Below, one piece after another: positions 48,264-57,353 of a stretch of DNA of 64,000 bases (position 1 is the first letter of the stretch; every line of letters starts with the position of its first letter). The notes under the pieces are model-generated. The model searched no databases, was not told where the DNA came from, and saw only the letters and a list, made by a program, of their open reading frames with translations. A program made the position numbers and the translations under genes. This stretch comes from Bdellovibrionota bacterium. Its GTDB lineage: Bacteria > Bdellovibrionota_C > UBA2361 > OMII01. Location of the stretch: positions 61,834 to 125,833 of the forward strand of contig JBBAUR010000002.1 in NCBI GenBank assembly GCA_040398075.1. The letters are read 5' to 3'.

Positions 48264-49066
48264 GAGTAGTACGTATGAATCGACAACTAATAACTGTAAT
48301 TGCCGTAGTAACGGGGGCGCTGATCGGGTTCAGCTCCTCAGCGCATGCTCGAGATGTCGAGTATCGCGAGGGAGAGGGTGATATCGAGGTCTTCGTGAAT
48401 CCTGCTGAGCCCACCGATATCGAGTTTCCAGGTAAGATCAAAGAGGGGTTCAAGAGTTCCACGGCCGGAATATCGGTCGAGCGCAAGGCGAACTCCTTGG
48501 TCGTTTTTGGCAAGGAAAATATCAACGATAACGGAGAGGCGATCCTCGTCAAGCTCGAGGATGGGCGGTCGTATCCGGTACGGATACGGCGTGCAACGGC
48601 GGATAATCCGCGTGACGCATTGGTATCTATCGGTGATGGCAAAGGGCCGATCGGAGCAGACGAGGAGGAGATGCCGGTCTACAAAGAGCGTGGTTTCGAT
48701 AAGGCTCCGCCGAGCAAGGTATCCGGTCTGATGCGTGAAATGGTGCTGGTCGCCGAGTTCGGCAAGCGTTCGATAGCAGGTTATCAGGTCAGTGAGAAGT
48801 ACAGAGGGCAAACGGTAGTGAACGATGGTGCGGTGCTCGCGAAGATCGACAAGATCTTCATCGGACCTAACCTCTGGGGTTATGTTCTCGATACCACCAA
48901 TATGTTGGACCAGTCGCAGAAGCTCAATCCAGCGTCGTTCAGAATCGATGGAACGCGAGCCATATCGGCATCCAACTGGGAACTGGCGGCTCGTCCGATG
49001 AACGTGGAGGAGCAGGTATCCGGCAAGCACAATACCAAGGTCTACATCGTGTCACGGGCTCGGTAA
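48260..49066 (+). CDS. TraK/VirB9-like periplasmic/OM-complex protein
   Basis: Signal peptide (..GFSSSAHA), two-domain size (~268 aa), C-terminal ...KVYIVSRAR resembling the TraK terminus. Synteny supports the call. Confidence 0.5.
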   Translation: MRVVRMNRQLITVIAVVTGALIGFSSSAHARDVEYREGEGDIEVFVNPAEPTDIEFPGKIKEGFKSSTAGISVERKANSLVVFGKENINDNGEAILVKLEDGRSYPVRIRRATADNPRDALVSIGDGKGPIGADEEEMPVYKERGFDKAPPSKVSGLMREMVLVAEFGKRSIAGYQVSEKYRGQTVVNDGAVLAKIDKIFIGPNLWGYVLDTTNMLDQSQKLNPASFRIDGTRAISASNWELAARPMNVEEQVSGKHNTKVYIVSRAR

Positions 49067-49081
49067 GGGAAGGAGTTAGTC

Positions 49082-50245
49082 ATGTCGCAGTTCATCAAGG
49101 ACCTCGGGCTAAGGCTCAGGAGTGACCGAAAAACCCAGGTTATCTCGGGGTTGGTGGTGCTGTGTCTCCTCTGGATGATCCTCGGAGACAACTCGCCCCG
49201 ACGCCGCATGCGTCAGCAGGCGCCTGTAGACGTAGGTCAGAATGACCCCACGGAACGCACCGACGACCTGATCCAGCGCTTCAACGGGCACCTCAATCAG
49301 TTGACCGTGCAGACCAATGCTCTGCGAGAAGAGGTTGATGCCAACAGGAAGGCGATGCAGGATTACGAACAAACGACTGCAGAGATCTTCAAGAAGATCA
49401 TCGAGCGCTTGGCGGAGGTTCAGACCGTGAATCAACCAGTACCGAATGACCCCGGTCCACAGGGTTTTGTGCCGCCGCCGCTGTCGCCTGACCCTGTGAT
49501 AGACCCGGTGATGGAACCGATAAATGGAGAGGTCCCGGTTGCAGATGGACCGCCGGAGCGCCCTGAAAAGCCGCGTATCGCAGCGATTATGCCCGGAGAT
49601 TCCGTGCGTGTGAAGCTCTTGGCCGGTGTGAACGCACCGACCGATGGAACCCCCTACCCTGTCGTGCTCAAGCTCGTCGGAGATGTAATTGGCCCCGATG
49701 GCAACAGTGTGCCGCTCGGAGAGGCGCGAGTAATTGCTGCCGCTCAGGGATCGCTCACCGATTCGCGAGTTCTCTTCCGGCTGACTAGGCTCAGCATTCG
49801 GTTGCCGAACGGGCGGCGCAAGGAGTTCGGTGTCGATGGTTGGGTGGTTGGAGAAGATGGCATCCGAGGTATGGAGGGCGTGCTCATCGACCCGATCGGA
49901 AAGGCGATAGCGGGCGCAGCTATGGCTGGTGGATTAGGTGGTCTTGGTCAGGGTCTAGCCGCTGCCAATACCGTAAACCGCTTCGGAGTTGGTAACAACG
50001 CCGTGGATACGAGTTTCGTAAAGGATGGTCAGATGGCTGAGTTTGCCGCTGGTACGGCCCTCGCCTCTGCAGCGCGGGAGTGGAATTCGATAATCCGCGA
50101 GCGTCTGGCGCAGCTGGTTCCGGTCGTGCAGGTATTGTCGAATCGTGAGGCGACGGCGGTCTTTTCGCAGTCGCTCGCCATTCCGGATCTGCTCGAGCAG
50201 CTGGATGAGGAGGATTCGTCAGTAGTGTACACGTCTCTCGATTAA
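49082..50245 (+). CDS. TraB/VirB10 (TrbI-family)-like protein
   Basis: N-terminal TM, coiled coil, Pro-rich linker (PVPNDPGPQGFVPPPLSPDP), C-terminal block VRVKLLAGVNAP..GEARVIAAAQGSLTDSRVLFRLTRLS..GWVVGEDGIRGMEG. Confidence 0.65.
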   Translation: MSQFIKDLGLRLRSDRKTQVISGLVVLCLLWMILGDNSPRRRMRQQAPVDVGQNDPTERTDDLIQRFNGHLNQLTVQTNALREEVDANRKAMQDYEQTTAEIFKKIIERLAEVQTVNQPVPNDPGPQGFVPPPLSPDPVIDPVMEPINGEVPVADGPPERPEKPRIAAIMPGDSVRVKLLAGVNAPTDGTPYPVVLKLVGDVIGPDGNSVPLGEARVIAAAQGSLTDSRVLFRLTRLSIRLPNGRRKEFGVDGWVVGEDGIRGMEGVLIDPIGKAIAGAAMAGGLGGLGQGLAAANTVNRFGVGNNAVDTSFVKDGQMAEFAAGTALASAAREWNSIIRERLAQLVPVVQVLSNREATAVFSQSLAIPDLLEQLDEEDSSVVYTSLD

Positions 50246-50264
50246 GTGTTTGGAGGTTGTTAGT

Positions 50265-50711
50265 ATGAGATCTCTCAAGTTCGCAGTTATCCCGGTATTC
50301 GCCCTGCTCTGCACGGGCTGCTCATCACTGGGACGGGTCCTCAACCCGTTCTACGACAGTCCAACTGAGGTAGCTTATTTCGGGGAGAAGAACGACCGTG
50401 CCCTCAACGATTCGGGTGGAGGAAAAGGTGCTCGTGCCCGGGAGGCGCTCGAGGCATTCAACACCTACCAGCGTGCGCTCGCTCCGCAGCCGAACAATCC
50501 GGTCATAATGCCCGCTGTTGTTCGATTGATGTGGGTCCCTGACCACCTCAATTCGCACGGTGACCTTGTGCCGGCTCACTACTACTACCTCAAGGTAAAG
50601 AAGGACGAGTGGGCTGTCACCGACGCATTCGAGCTCGAGTCGCAGCTCAGTGGAGGGGCTAGCGGCGGTGGTTCTGCGGTCGGATACGTCAATCCGGAGG
50701 ACATCCGATGA
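50265..50711 (+). CDS. TraV-like lipoprotein
   Basis: Lipobox LLCTGC. C-terminal VVRLMWVPDHLNSHGDLVPAHYYYLKVKKDEW resembles the TraV C-terminal motif. GGAGG RBS precedes ATG 50265. Confidence 0.55.
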   Translation: MRSLKFAVIPVFALLCTGCSSLGRVLNPFYDSPTEVAYFGEKNDRALNDSGGGKGARAREALEAFNTYQRALAPQPNNPVIMPAVVRLMWVPDHLNSHGDLVPAHYYYLKVKKDEWAVTDAFELESQLSGGASGGGSAVGYVNPEDIR

Positions 50712-51217
50712 TCCGCGCTGGCAACAGGTGCCTACTAGGTTTGGTAGTCGGGCTCGCCGGATGTGCCGCGGGCCCAAAGGATTACGAACCCTACTCAACT
50801 ACCGATCGAACGCTCTTTATGCCGAGCTTCCGAGCGGCAGCTCCCGAGCCGGTCTATGCACGGACCCGTTGGGTGCACCTTCCCGAGGTGCTCCCGCAAC
50901 GCGAGATGCCGGGCGACGAAAAACGTGAGGGGGGACCGGATACAGGCCCTGCGTTGAGGCCTGTTTTTCAACTAACTCTCAAAAAGGCCAGTCTGGAGGA
51001 AACCGCTAGGGTGCTTGCAGCCATGGCCAGGTACTCGAGTTACACGGACCCTTCGATCGCACAAAATGCATTTTCTATCGAAAATCTAGGAACGATCGAC
51101 GAGCTCGGGCGGACTATAGGAGTGAAGGCGGGAATTCAGGTAGTTATCGACCATGACAACCAGGAGGTGCGCTTTTTAGCACCTGCAGCGGAAACGCCAC
51201 GATTATTTAGTGAGTAA
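50708..51217 (+). CDS. Lipoprotein with N0/secretin-N or TcpQ/PilL-like C-terminal domain (candidate)
   Basis: Lipobox GLAGC. C-terminal FQLTLKKASLEETARVLAAMARYS...VVIDHDNQEVRF. The start overlaps the TraV-like stop (ATGA). Confidence 0.4.
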   Translation: MIRAGNRCLLGLVVGLAGCAAGPKDYEPYSTTDRTLFMPSFRAAAPEPVYARTRWVHLPEVLPQREMPGDEKREGGPDTGPALRPVFQLTLKKASLEETARVLAAMARYSSYTDPSIAQNAFSIENLGTIDELGRTIGVKAGIQVVIDHDNQEVRFLAPAAETPRLFSE

Positions 51218-51222
51218 AGCTC

Positions 51223-53964
51223 ATGAGTATCAATAGGTTAACTCGTAATAGGTTGTTTCAAGACGAGCAGCTTTTCAATAAACTGCTCCCCTTCGCCAAG
51301 TATGAGGAGGAATTGGAGGTCTTCCTGCACACCGATGCCTCGCTCTGGTCGCTCTGGGAGCTGCAGCCGAAATGGATAACCAAGGTTTCTGACGCTGAGG
51401 CGTTCCAGCTCACGGAACGCGTGCAAGAGATGTTGGATTCAATGGAGCACACCTTGTCGGCTCAGTTTTGTTGGGTCACCACCTTCGACGTAGAGGATCT
51501 GCTGCGGGATTGTCTTTCGCGCTATCCGATGTCGGGTCCGGCTGGCTGGATGACGCGTCGCTGGGTTCGGTCAATCCGATTGGCAAGCCAGAGCAGATCG
51601 CTTCACCGTAGGCCGCGTCGGCTCCGTTTGTTTGCATGTTTCCGCTTCGATCCACCGTGGCAGGGCAAGGGCCTCATGCAGCAGGTGGCACGCAGTTTGA
51701 AAATGTTGATGTACGGTGCGGTCGGTATCGGCCGTGAGCAGCGGCACAGTGAGTATCTCGGCTACGTCAACAAGTTCAAGGGGCTCACTGATGGAGCGGC
51801 AGCCAAGTTGGCTGACCTCGGATTCTATCCGCGGCGAATGGATGGCCAGGACCTCATCAATCTTCTCTTCCCAATCCTCAACCGTAGAAGTGTCAAGCCA
51901 GGTAAGTACCGGCGCGGTCGCACCACCGCCATCCCGGTACCCGTCTATGATAGCGATGATCTGCTCGCCAACCAGCTCTCTGAGACTCATGTGGAGCATC
52001 CGCGTGATGGCATCATACGCAAAGATGGGCGTGTTTTTCGCTCCGTATCGATGGTCAAGCCGCCCAAGCAGTGTCTACCGCTGATGATTGCACCACTTCA
52101 GTCGGCTCCGTACGAGAACATCGTGAGTGTTACCTTCTCGAAAGATCCGAAGGAGAAGCAGCTCGAGCGGTTGGATCGCCTGGATGGAACTCTCGGTATG
52201 CGGGAGCGTGCCTGGGGAGGTCGCTCGAACCAGAAGATACTCCATCAGATCTCAGCTATACGATCGGCACGACAGGAGCTCTATAACTCCAAGGAGCAGA
52301 TCGTCAGAGTCGGTGTACACCAGACCTTCATCTGTCAGACGGAGGACGAAGCTGTACGTGCTACCTCCGAGGCAGTAGCCACCTTTCCACAACTCAACGG
52401 CGCCCGCGGTATGGTGCACGAGATATCGGACATGGCTGTGCTCATTAACTCTCTTCCTGGATGCTACGATCCATCCACGGACGGCGCTGGATGGACTACG
52501 GTCATGCAATCCTCCCGTGCTACGCGGCTCTTTCCGCTGTGGGGTAACTGGAAGGGAAGTGACGGGTCGCAGATCCTTCTTCCGAGCCTCTGGAACCGTG
52601 AGTTGGTGGGCTTTGACCTCTACGATTCAAATATCGCGCCGAACGTATTGATTAGCGGAGTATCGGGAGCAGGTAAGAGTTACCTGATGTGCTTCCTAAT
52701 AACGATGTTGAACCGCGGCCATTTTGCAACTCTCTCCGACGGTCGAGTCGTCGAGAGAAACCCGATCACCTTCGTATTTGACAAGGGAATGGTGGGGCAA
52801 CCGTGCGGTTTCGAGAAGATCGCGAAACTCTTCGGCGGTCGGGTCTACGAAGCAACTCCGTCCCGTGCTCCAGCGATGAACTTCCTGGCGCGGCTTGGCG
52901 AGCTGACCCCGGATTCGAGGAACGACGATTACAAAGATCTCATCGACATGTGCGCCGACGTCATCTGTGACATGGCCACCGATGGTAACAACAATCCCGA
53001 CCGTCTCGAGCGTGGTAGCGTCGCAGAATCGCTCTCCGAAGCGCATCGCATCTACCGAAGTGGGCCTATGCGACGAGAATTCATCCTGAGCGATGTGGTG
53101 TCGGTCTTGCGTGCCCCACGCCGTGTGGACGAGACCGAGGATGCAGCACGACGCCGACAACGCATCGCGCTCTTAATCGCCGACTACTACGGAGAGGGAA
53201 CGTATGCGCGATTCTTCGACCGTCCGGGGTCTCTAAAGCTAAAGGAGCGTTTCATCGTATTCGATCTCAAGGCGTTGAGCAGAAACCCGGACCTTCAGCG
53301 CGTGTTCCTGAAGATCGCGATGGTATGGGCGGATACGGTCATGAACGATCCACGTGAGCTCGATACCCGCAAGGTTCTTGTGTTCGATGAGGCCCACGAG
53401 CTGATCGGAAAGACTCAGGTGAACACGATCGAAACTGCGTTCCGGCTGTACCGCAAGCGCAAGGGTATCGTGATTGCAGCCTCTCAATCGGGAGAAGATT
53501 TCTACGTCGGACAGGGTGGTCAAGCGATCGTCCAGAACAGTGCTCACAAGATCTTCTTGCGGCAGGATCCGAACAAGTTCCACCTGACGGCGCAGGCATT
53601 CAATCTCAACCCACAGCAGTCGGATGTTATCATGCGGCTACGCACTGTGAAGGGAGTAGAGTCGCAGTTCTACCTCGTCTCGGATATCGGAGAGGGCGCC
53701 TTGGTCCTACCAGTAGAGCCGGCGTTTTACTGGGTGAGCACCAACAACGGAGACGACAATCAACTCTTCACCGATGCGCTGACTCGGCACAACAACGACT
53801 TCAGCAAGGCACTCGAAGAGGTGGTCGCGGTGGCGCCTTACGGAGCCAAGGATCTGCACGAGCGCTTGATGGGTGGAATGAATCGGGAGGAAACAGGTGG
53901 TGTTGGCGTTACGGGAGCGGTCAACGATATGATGCAGTCTGGCTTTAGGGATTCGTCGTTGTAG
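51223..53964 (+). CDS. TraC/VirB4-family T4SS ATPase
   Basis: 913 aa with Walker A ISGVSGAGKSY, Walker B KVLVFDEAHELI, and AASQSGEDF. Confidence 0.85.
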   Translation: MSINRLTRNRLFQDEQLFNKLLPFAKYEEELEVFLHTDASLWSLWELQPKWITKVSDAEAFQLTERVQEMLDSMEHTLSAQFCWVTTFDVEDLLRDCLSRYPMSGPAGWMTRRWVRSIRLASQSRSLHRRPRRLRLFACFRFDPPWQGKGLMQQVARSLKMLMYGAVGIGREQRHSEYLGYVNKFKGLTDGAAAKLADLGFYPRRMDGQDLINLLFPILNRRSVKPGKYRRGRTTAIPVPVYDSDDLLANQLSETHVEHPRDGIIRKDGRVFRSVSMVKPPKQCLPLMIAPLQSAPYENIVSVTFSKDPKEKQLERLDRLDGTLGMRERAWGGRSNQKILHQISAIRSARQELYNSKEQIVRVGVHQTFICQTEDEAVRATSEAVATFPQLNGARGMVHEISDMAVLINSLPGCYDPSTDGAGWTTVMQSSRATRLFPLWGNWKGSDGSQILLPSLWNRELVGFDLYDSNIAPNVLISGVSGAGKSYLMCFLITMLNRGHFATLSDGRVVERNPITFVFDKGMVGQPCGFEKIAKLFGGRVYEATPSRAPAMNFLARLGELTPDSRNDDYKDLIDMCADVICDMATDGNNNPDRLERGSVAESLSEAHRIYRSGPMRREFILSDVVSVLRAPRRVDETEDAARRRQRIALLIADYYGEGTYARFFDRPGSLKLKERFIVFDLKALSRNPDLQRVFLKIAMVWADTVMNDPRELDTRKVLVFDEAHELIGKTQVNTIETAFRLYRKRKGIVIAASQSGEDFYVGQGGQAIVQNSAHKIFLRQDPNKFHLTAQAFNLNPQQSDVIMRLRTVKGVESQFYLVSDIGEGALVLPVEPAFYWVSTNNGDDNQLFTDALTRHNNDFSKALEEVVAVAPYGAKDLHERLMGGMNREETGGVGVTGAVNDMMQSGFRDSSL

Positions 53965-53975
53965 GAGTACGGTGT

Positions 53976-54260
53976 ATGGCTACTATTGGAAGAATGAGCA
54001 GTCTAGGTGTGGCGCTCCTGATGGTCGTTGGCTTCAGTGCGTGCAGTCGCACGAAGGTCCCCGAGGGGCCTCCAGTCATCGAGTATCAGGTCAGAAATGT
54101 ACCAGGTGTAGTGGAGTACGCATGGGAAGAGCCTATGGTAGACGTGGTAGACGTTCCCCCGGGCCTCGACCCGGAGGGACACTACTATCGTCCAGGGCAT
54201 CAAGAGGTGGTAGAGATCCGGCAGGGTCGGTGGCAGTACTATCGTCGGCCGCAACAGTAA
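53976..54260 (+). CDS. Small lipoprotein
   Basis: Lipobox VVGFSAC, AGGAG RBS, 94 aa. Confidence 0.45.
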   Translation: MATIGRMSSLGVALLMVVGFSACSRTKVPEGPPVIEYQVRNVPGVVEYAWEEPMVDVVDVPPGLDPEGHYYRPGHQEVVEIRQGRWQYYRRPQQ

Positions 54261-54272
54261 GGTAGGCATGGT

Positions 54273-54635
54273 ATGAGTCTCATCAACGTCAGAAATTTTC
54301 TCGCGCCGCTGCGCAATAAGTATCAGATGGGTGCCCTTCTCGTGTTAGCGCTGATCGTGGCGGTAGTACGGGTCATCGGAAGTAGTGAGCCGCCTGCAAA
54401 CCGAGAGAACCTCAAGCTGAACGATGAGATAAAGGGCTTCCTAGCGAGCCAACAGCCGGCCACACAGGTGCAGAAGGGTAACACAGGATCACTACCCAGT
54501 TTGGCAGACCCGTTCAGTGAGGGCCTGCTACCCGATGGCTGGAAGGACGAGGCGAGTAATGACGCGCCGGCTCCTGCACCGTCCAAGAACGACAGGGGGC
54601 TCTCGGACGTAAAGAGATCTTTGGGGCTTGAATGA
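54273..54635 (+). CDS. Small bitopic membrane protein
   Basis: One TM (MGALLVLALIVAVVRVI), 120 aa. Confidence 0.4.
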   Translation: MSLINVRNFLAPLRNKYQMGALLVLALIVAVVRVIGSSEPPANRENLKLNDEIKGFLASQQPATQVQKGNTGSLPSLADPFSEGLLPDGWKDEASNDAPAPAPSKNDRGLSDVKRSLGLE

Positions 54636-54772
54636 GTCTAGGCTACGAGAATCTCGCAAGGGTCGAGATTCGGGGCTGAGGAGAGCTGAAGCAAAGGGAG
54701 CGCTGAAGAGGAGATGGGAGAAGCGCCTATCTCCTGGGTGCTTAGGTTTACAGCGGTAGGTATGAAGCGGTT

Positions 54773-55798
54773 ATGAAGCTGGTGAGTAAAGTCAGTAAGA
54801 ACAAAAGAACAACCCCTCACCTGATCGCAGCTGCGTTGGCGGTAGGGGCACTCCTCGGCACAGCCCAAGCTCAAGCTGAGGCTTCCAAGGTCAATTTCGT
54901 TACTCGCTCGAACAGCTTGTCGAACGATCGTGGCCTGATGGAGGCAGAGCGTGATCTTCTTCATTCGCTCGCCGCACATTCGTTAGAGACCCGTGATGCT
55001 TCCCAGCCCCAGGTGAAGCAGGAATCCGCAGCCCCCAAAGAGCGCACAAAGGGGGACGCAGGGACTCTCGCACACTCCTCAACGAGCGCGAAGTCGCCTG
55101 GCGAGACCACGGCTGCGCGAGCAGGCAGGGGTGTGAAAGCTCCTTCTGCCAAGCAGATCATCGAGGCAAAAGCACCTGACACAGAGCTCGTAGAGAAGGC
55201 ACGCTCGCTGGAGCATAGCAACTCGAAACTGAAGAATGACCTTCAGAGCGCTCGAGATCGCATCGCTGTCTTGGAGCAACAGCTAATCGAGTCTCGCAGT
55301 CAGTTGGCGATTGCAGAGACCGAGGTGAACCGCCTCTCCGGTATCTTGGATTCAAAGACGCGCGCGAGTATGGGCAAATACAATTTTCCGGTGTCCGCTG
55401 TGGCTCCAGCGAAGCCGGTGCCTGCGCACCAGAATACCCGAGCTACTACAGCGCGCGTTGCTCAACCGGTTGTTGACGAGCGACCACCAGCTGCAGATGC
55501 AGATCTACAGGTAGCTACAGTGGCGGTAGACAAAGCCGATCTTCGGCTCGGACCCGGTAAGAATCACTCAGCTCTCATGTCACTTCGACGGGGATCAAGG
55601 TTAATGGTAGAGGCGCGGCAGGGGGAGTGGTACCGTGTGTTTGCGCCGAATGGGGACCGAGCCTGGATAGCAGCATCCCTGGTTAGTTTTGGAGAGGGTG
55701 CATCTACCCTCAACGATGGTAGCTCGGTGCGAGTCAGAGGGTTTACGGCGAGTGCAGAGGAGGAGGCGTTCCGTCGTGTTCACCGGCCGGGTAAGTGA
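54773..55798 (+). CDS. Secreted coiled-coil protein with C-terminal bacterial SH3 domain
   Basis: Signal peptide (..LLGTAQAQA), heptad-like segment (LKNDLQSARDRIAVLEQQLIESRSQLAIAETEVNRL), SH3b-like LRLGPGKNHSALMSLRRGSRLMVEARQGEWYRVFAPNGDRAWIAASLV. Confidence 0.55.
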   Translation: MKLVSKVSKNKRTTPHLIAAALAVGALLGTAQAQAEASKVNFVTRSNSLSNDRGLMEAERDLLHSLAAHSLETRDASQPQVKQESAAPKERTKGDAGTLAHSSTSAKSPGETTAARAGRGVKAPSAKQIIEAKAPDTELVEKARSLEHSNSKLKNDLQSARDRIAVLEQQLIESRSQLAIAETEVNRLSGILDSKTRASMGKYNFPVSAVAPAKPVPAHQNTRATTARVAQPVVDERPPAADADLQVATVAVDKADLRLGPGKNHSALMSLRRGSRLMVEARQGEWYRVFAPNGDRAWIAASLVSFGEGASTLNDGSSVRVRGFTASAEEEAFRRVHRPGK

Positions 55799-56330
55799 AG
55801 CAGCGATCCCTTTTCGCCTGAGGGCGTTGCTAGCGGGTAGCCTGTGTGTCGTTGCTGCCGCGCTCCTCACCCGAGAAGTGCATGCTGTGCCATCCGCATT
55901 GACGCGGGTCGTATCGCGACCAGCGTTCGTATATCCGGTTATGGGACCACGGCTTTCGAGCGATTTCGGCAAGCGCAAGCATCCGAAGTTCAAATCCGTT
56001 CGCCATCATCATGGAGTTGACCTAGCAGCTCCGGAACAGAGTCCGATACGAGCTATAGGTGGTGGTCAGGTGATCTACGCTGACCCATACGCGGGCTATG
56101 GAAACCTGGTAGTGGTCCGTCACGATGATGGGATGACGAGCCACTACGGTCACTGCCGTGCGATTAAGGTCTCGATCGGTCAACGAGTCAAACCGGGACA
56201 GATGATAGCCACTGTCGGTAATACGGGGATATCAACCGGTCCGCACCTACATTTCGAGATCCGCGTTGGCGGGCAACCTCGTGACCCAGAGCACTTCCTA
56301 CCGGGATTGGCCTCAGAGGCAGAAGGATAG
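55776..56330 (+). CDS. M23/LytM-family peptidoglycan endopeptidase
   Basis: HHHGVDLAA (HxxxD) and GPHLHFEI (HxH). GTG 55776 is preceded by GAGGAGGAGG and gives a signal peptide. Overlaps the previous gene by 23 nt. Confidence 0.85.
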   Translation: MFTGRVSEAAIPFRLRALLAGSLCVVAAALLTREVHAVPSALTRVVSRPAFVYPVMGPRLSSDFGKRKHPKFKSVRHHHGVDLAAPEQSPIRAIGGGQVIYADPYAGYGNLVVVRHDDGMTSHYGHCRAIKVSIGQRVKPGQMIATVGNTGISTGPHLHFEIRVGGQPRDPEHFLPGLASEAEG

Positions 56331-56590
56331 ACGCCTCGAGACGGTCGGGTTTTTCCGCTGTGCTGAGAGTACACTGAAACTAGCCTCGAGAGCGGCCCCC
56401 ACAGCATCAGTATAACCTATCGAAAGGACGACAGAAAAAAGGTTCGCGTATGCTAAAACTCGATGCTGAACTCAATTATGCAACATTTCGAAAACAATCT
56501 ATTATAACCATCTATGAAACTGGGACGCGCATGGCGCGTTGAATAAAAGAGAGTCCTCGAATATACAACTGATTCCATTTGGAGATAGTT

Positions 56591-57004
56591 ATGAATAAGC
56601 AGAAAGGTATCGTAGCAAAGTTTAAGAGCGCTCAGCTAAGCCTCTGTCAGCGTGTTGGTGCAATGAGCATCGCACCGACCGAGAAGCAGGCGCGCATCGC
56701 ACTCTTTATTTTAGGAGTAGCGATCCTCTCGATGGGCATGTCGTACGAAGTAATCGCTCAGCCAACAAAGCTCGGAACGACCTACAACGATTCGAAGATT
56801 GCAAACGCCGTGAATGCAATCATGACCTACCTTGAAGGATCGTTTGGAGCGTTGGTGATGGCAGCAGCTGGTATTGGAGCCATCTTGAGTGCTGCGTTCG
56901 GTCAGTACAAAGCAGCGTTGAGCTTGATGGTGGTCGCAGTCGGAGCGTTCATTTTACGCTCTCTCATATCGACCTTCTTCAACGACGCTGGTATCCGCCA
57001 GTAA
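56591..57004 (+). CDS. T4SS pilin-like protein (TraA/TrbC/VirB2-like architecture)
   Basis: Long ~55-aa leader with a hydrophobic core ending ..YEVIA/QP. The mature ~80 aa carry two hydrophobic segments (GALVMAAAGIGAILSAAF; LSLMVVAVGAFILRSLI). Confidence 0.5.
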   Translation: MNKQKGIVAKFKSAQLSLCQRVGAMSIAPTEKQARIALFILGVAILSMGMSYEVIAQPTKLGTTYNDSKIANAVNAIMTYLEGSFGALVMAAAGIGAILSAAFGQYKAALSLMVVAVGAFILRSLISTFFNDAGIRQ

Positions 57005-57046
57005 GTACGAAAGATCGCACCGGATACGGTCGCGGTCGTCGTGGAA

Positions 57047-57084
57047 GCGCCGCTCGGGGAAACCCGGCGGCGCTTTCTTTTTTT
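57047..57084 (+). terminator. Rho-independent terminator after the pilin-like gene
   Basis: gcgccgctcggg-gaaa-cccggcggcgc followed by tttcttttttt. Confidence 0.75.
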
Positions 57085-57353
57085 GGCGATTACTGAAGAG
57101 ACTCATTTTTTTGAAAAATAAATGAAGCTCGGTTTATGCTTCTCATCCTCGCTGGGCTCCCGTTCTCTTTGTGTCCTCCTTCGTTTTTGGATAACGCCGC
57201 TCAAGCGCCACGACACACGATCTTTTGAAGCGCCGTCTTTCTACAAGCGACTGAAAAATTGCTTCGTAGCAGAGGACCGTTTTCTGCGGCCTGTTCAGGC
57301 TACCTTTTGAGACGCCGGTCCCCCTATCGAGGTCTCGATTCTTTGCACATCTT

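Noticed and set aside
55689-55775. Upstream extension of the M23 peptidase ORF given in the track
   Set aside because: The extension lies wholly inside the SH3b gene in another frame. GTG 55776 has a strong GAGGAGG RBS and yields a proper signal peptide.
39524-57084. Calling the T4SS locus an integrative conjugative element
   Set aside because: I recognised no integrase, relaxase, tRNA target or flanking direct repeats. I could not measure a compositional break from the neighbouring core genes, and none was obvious by eye.
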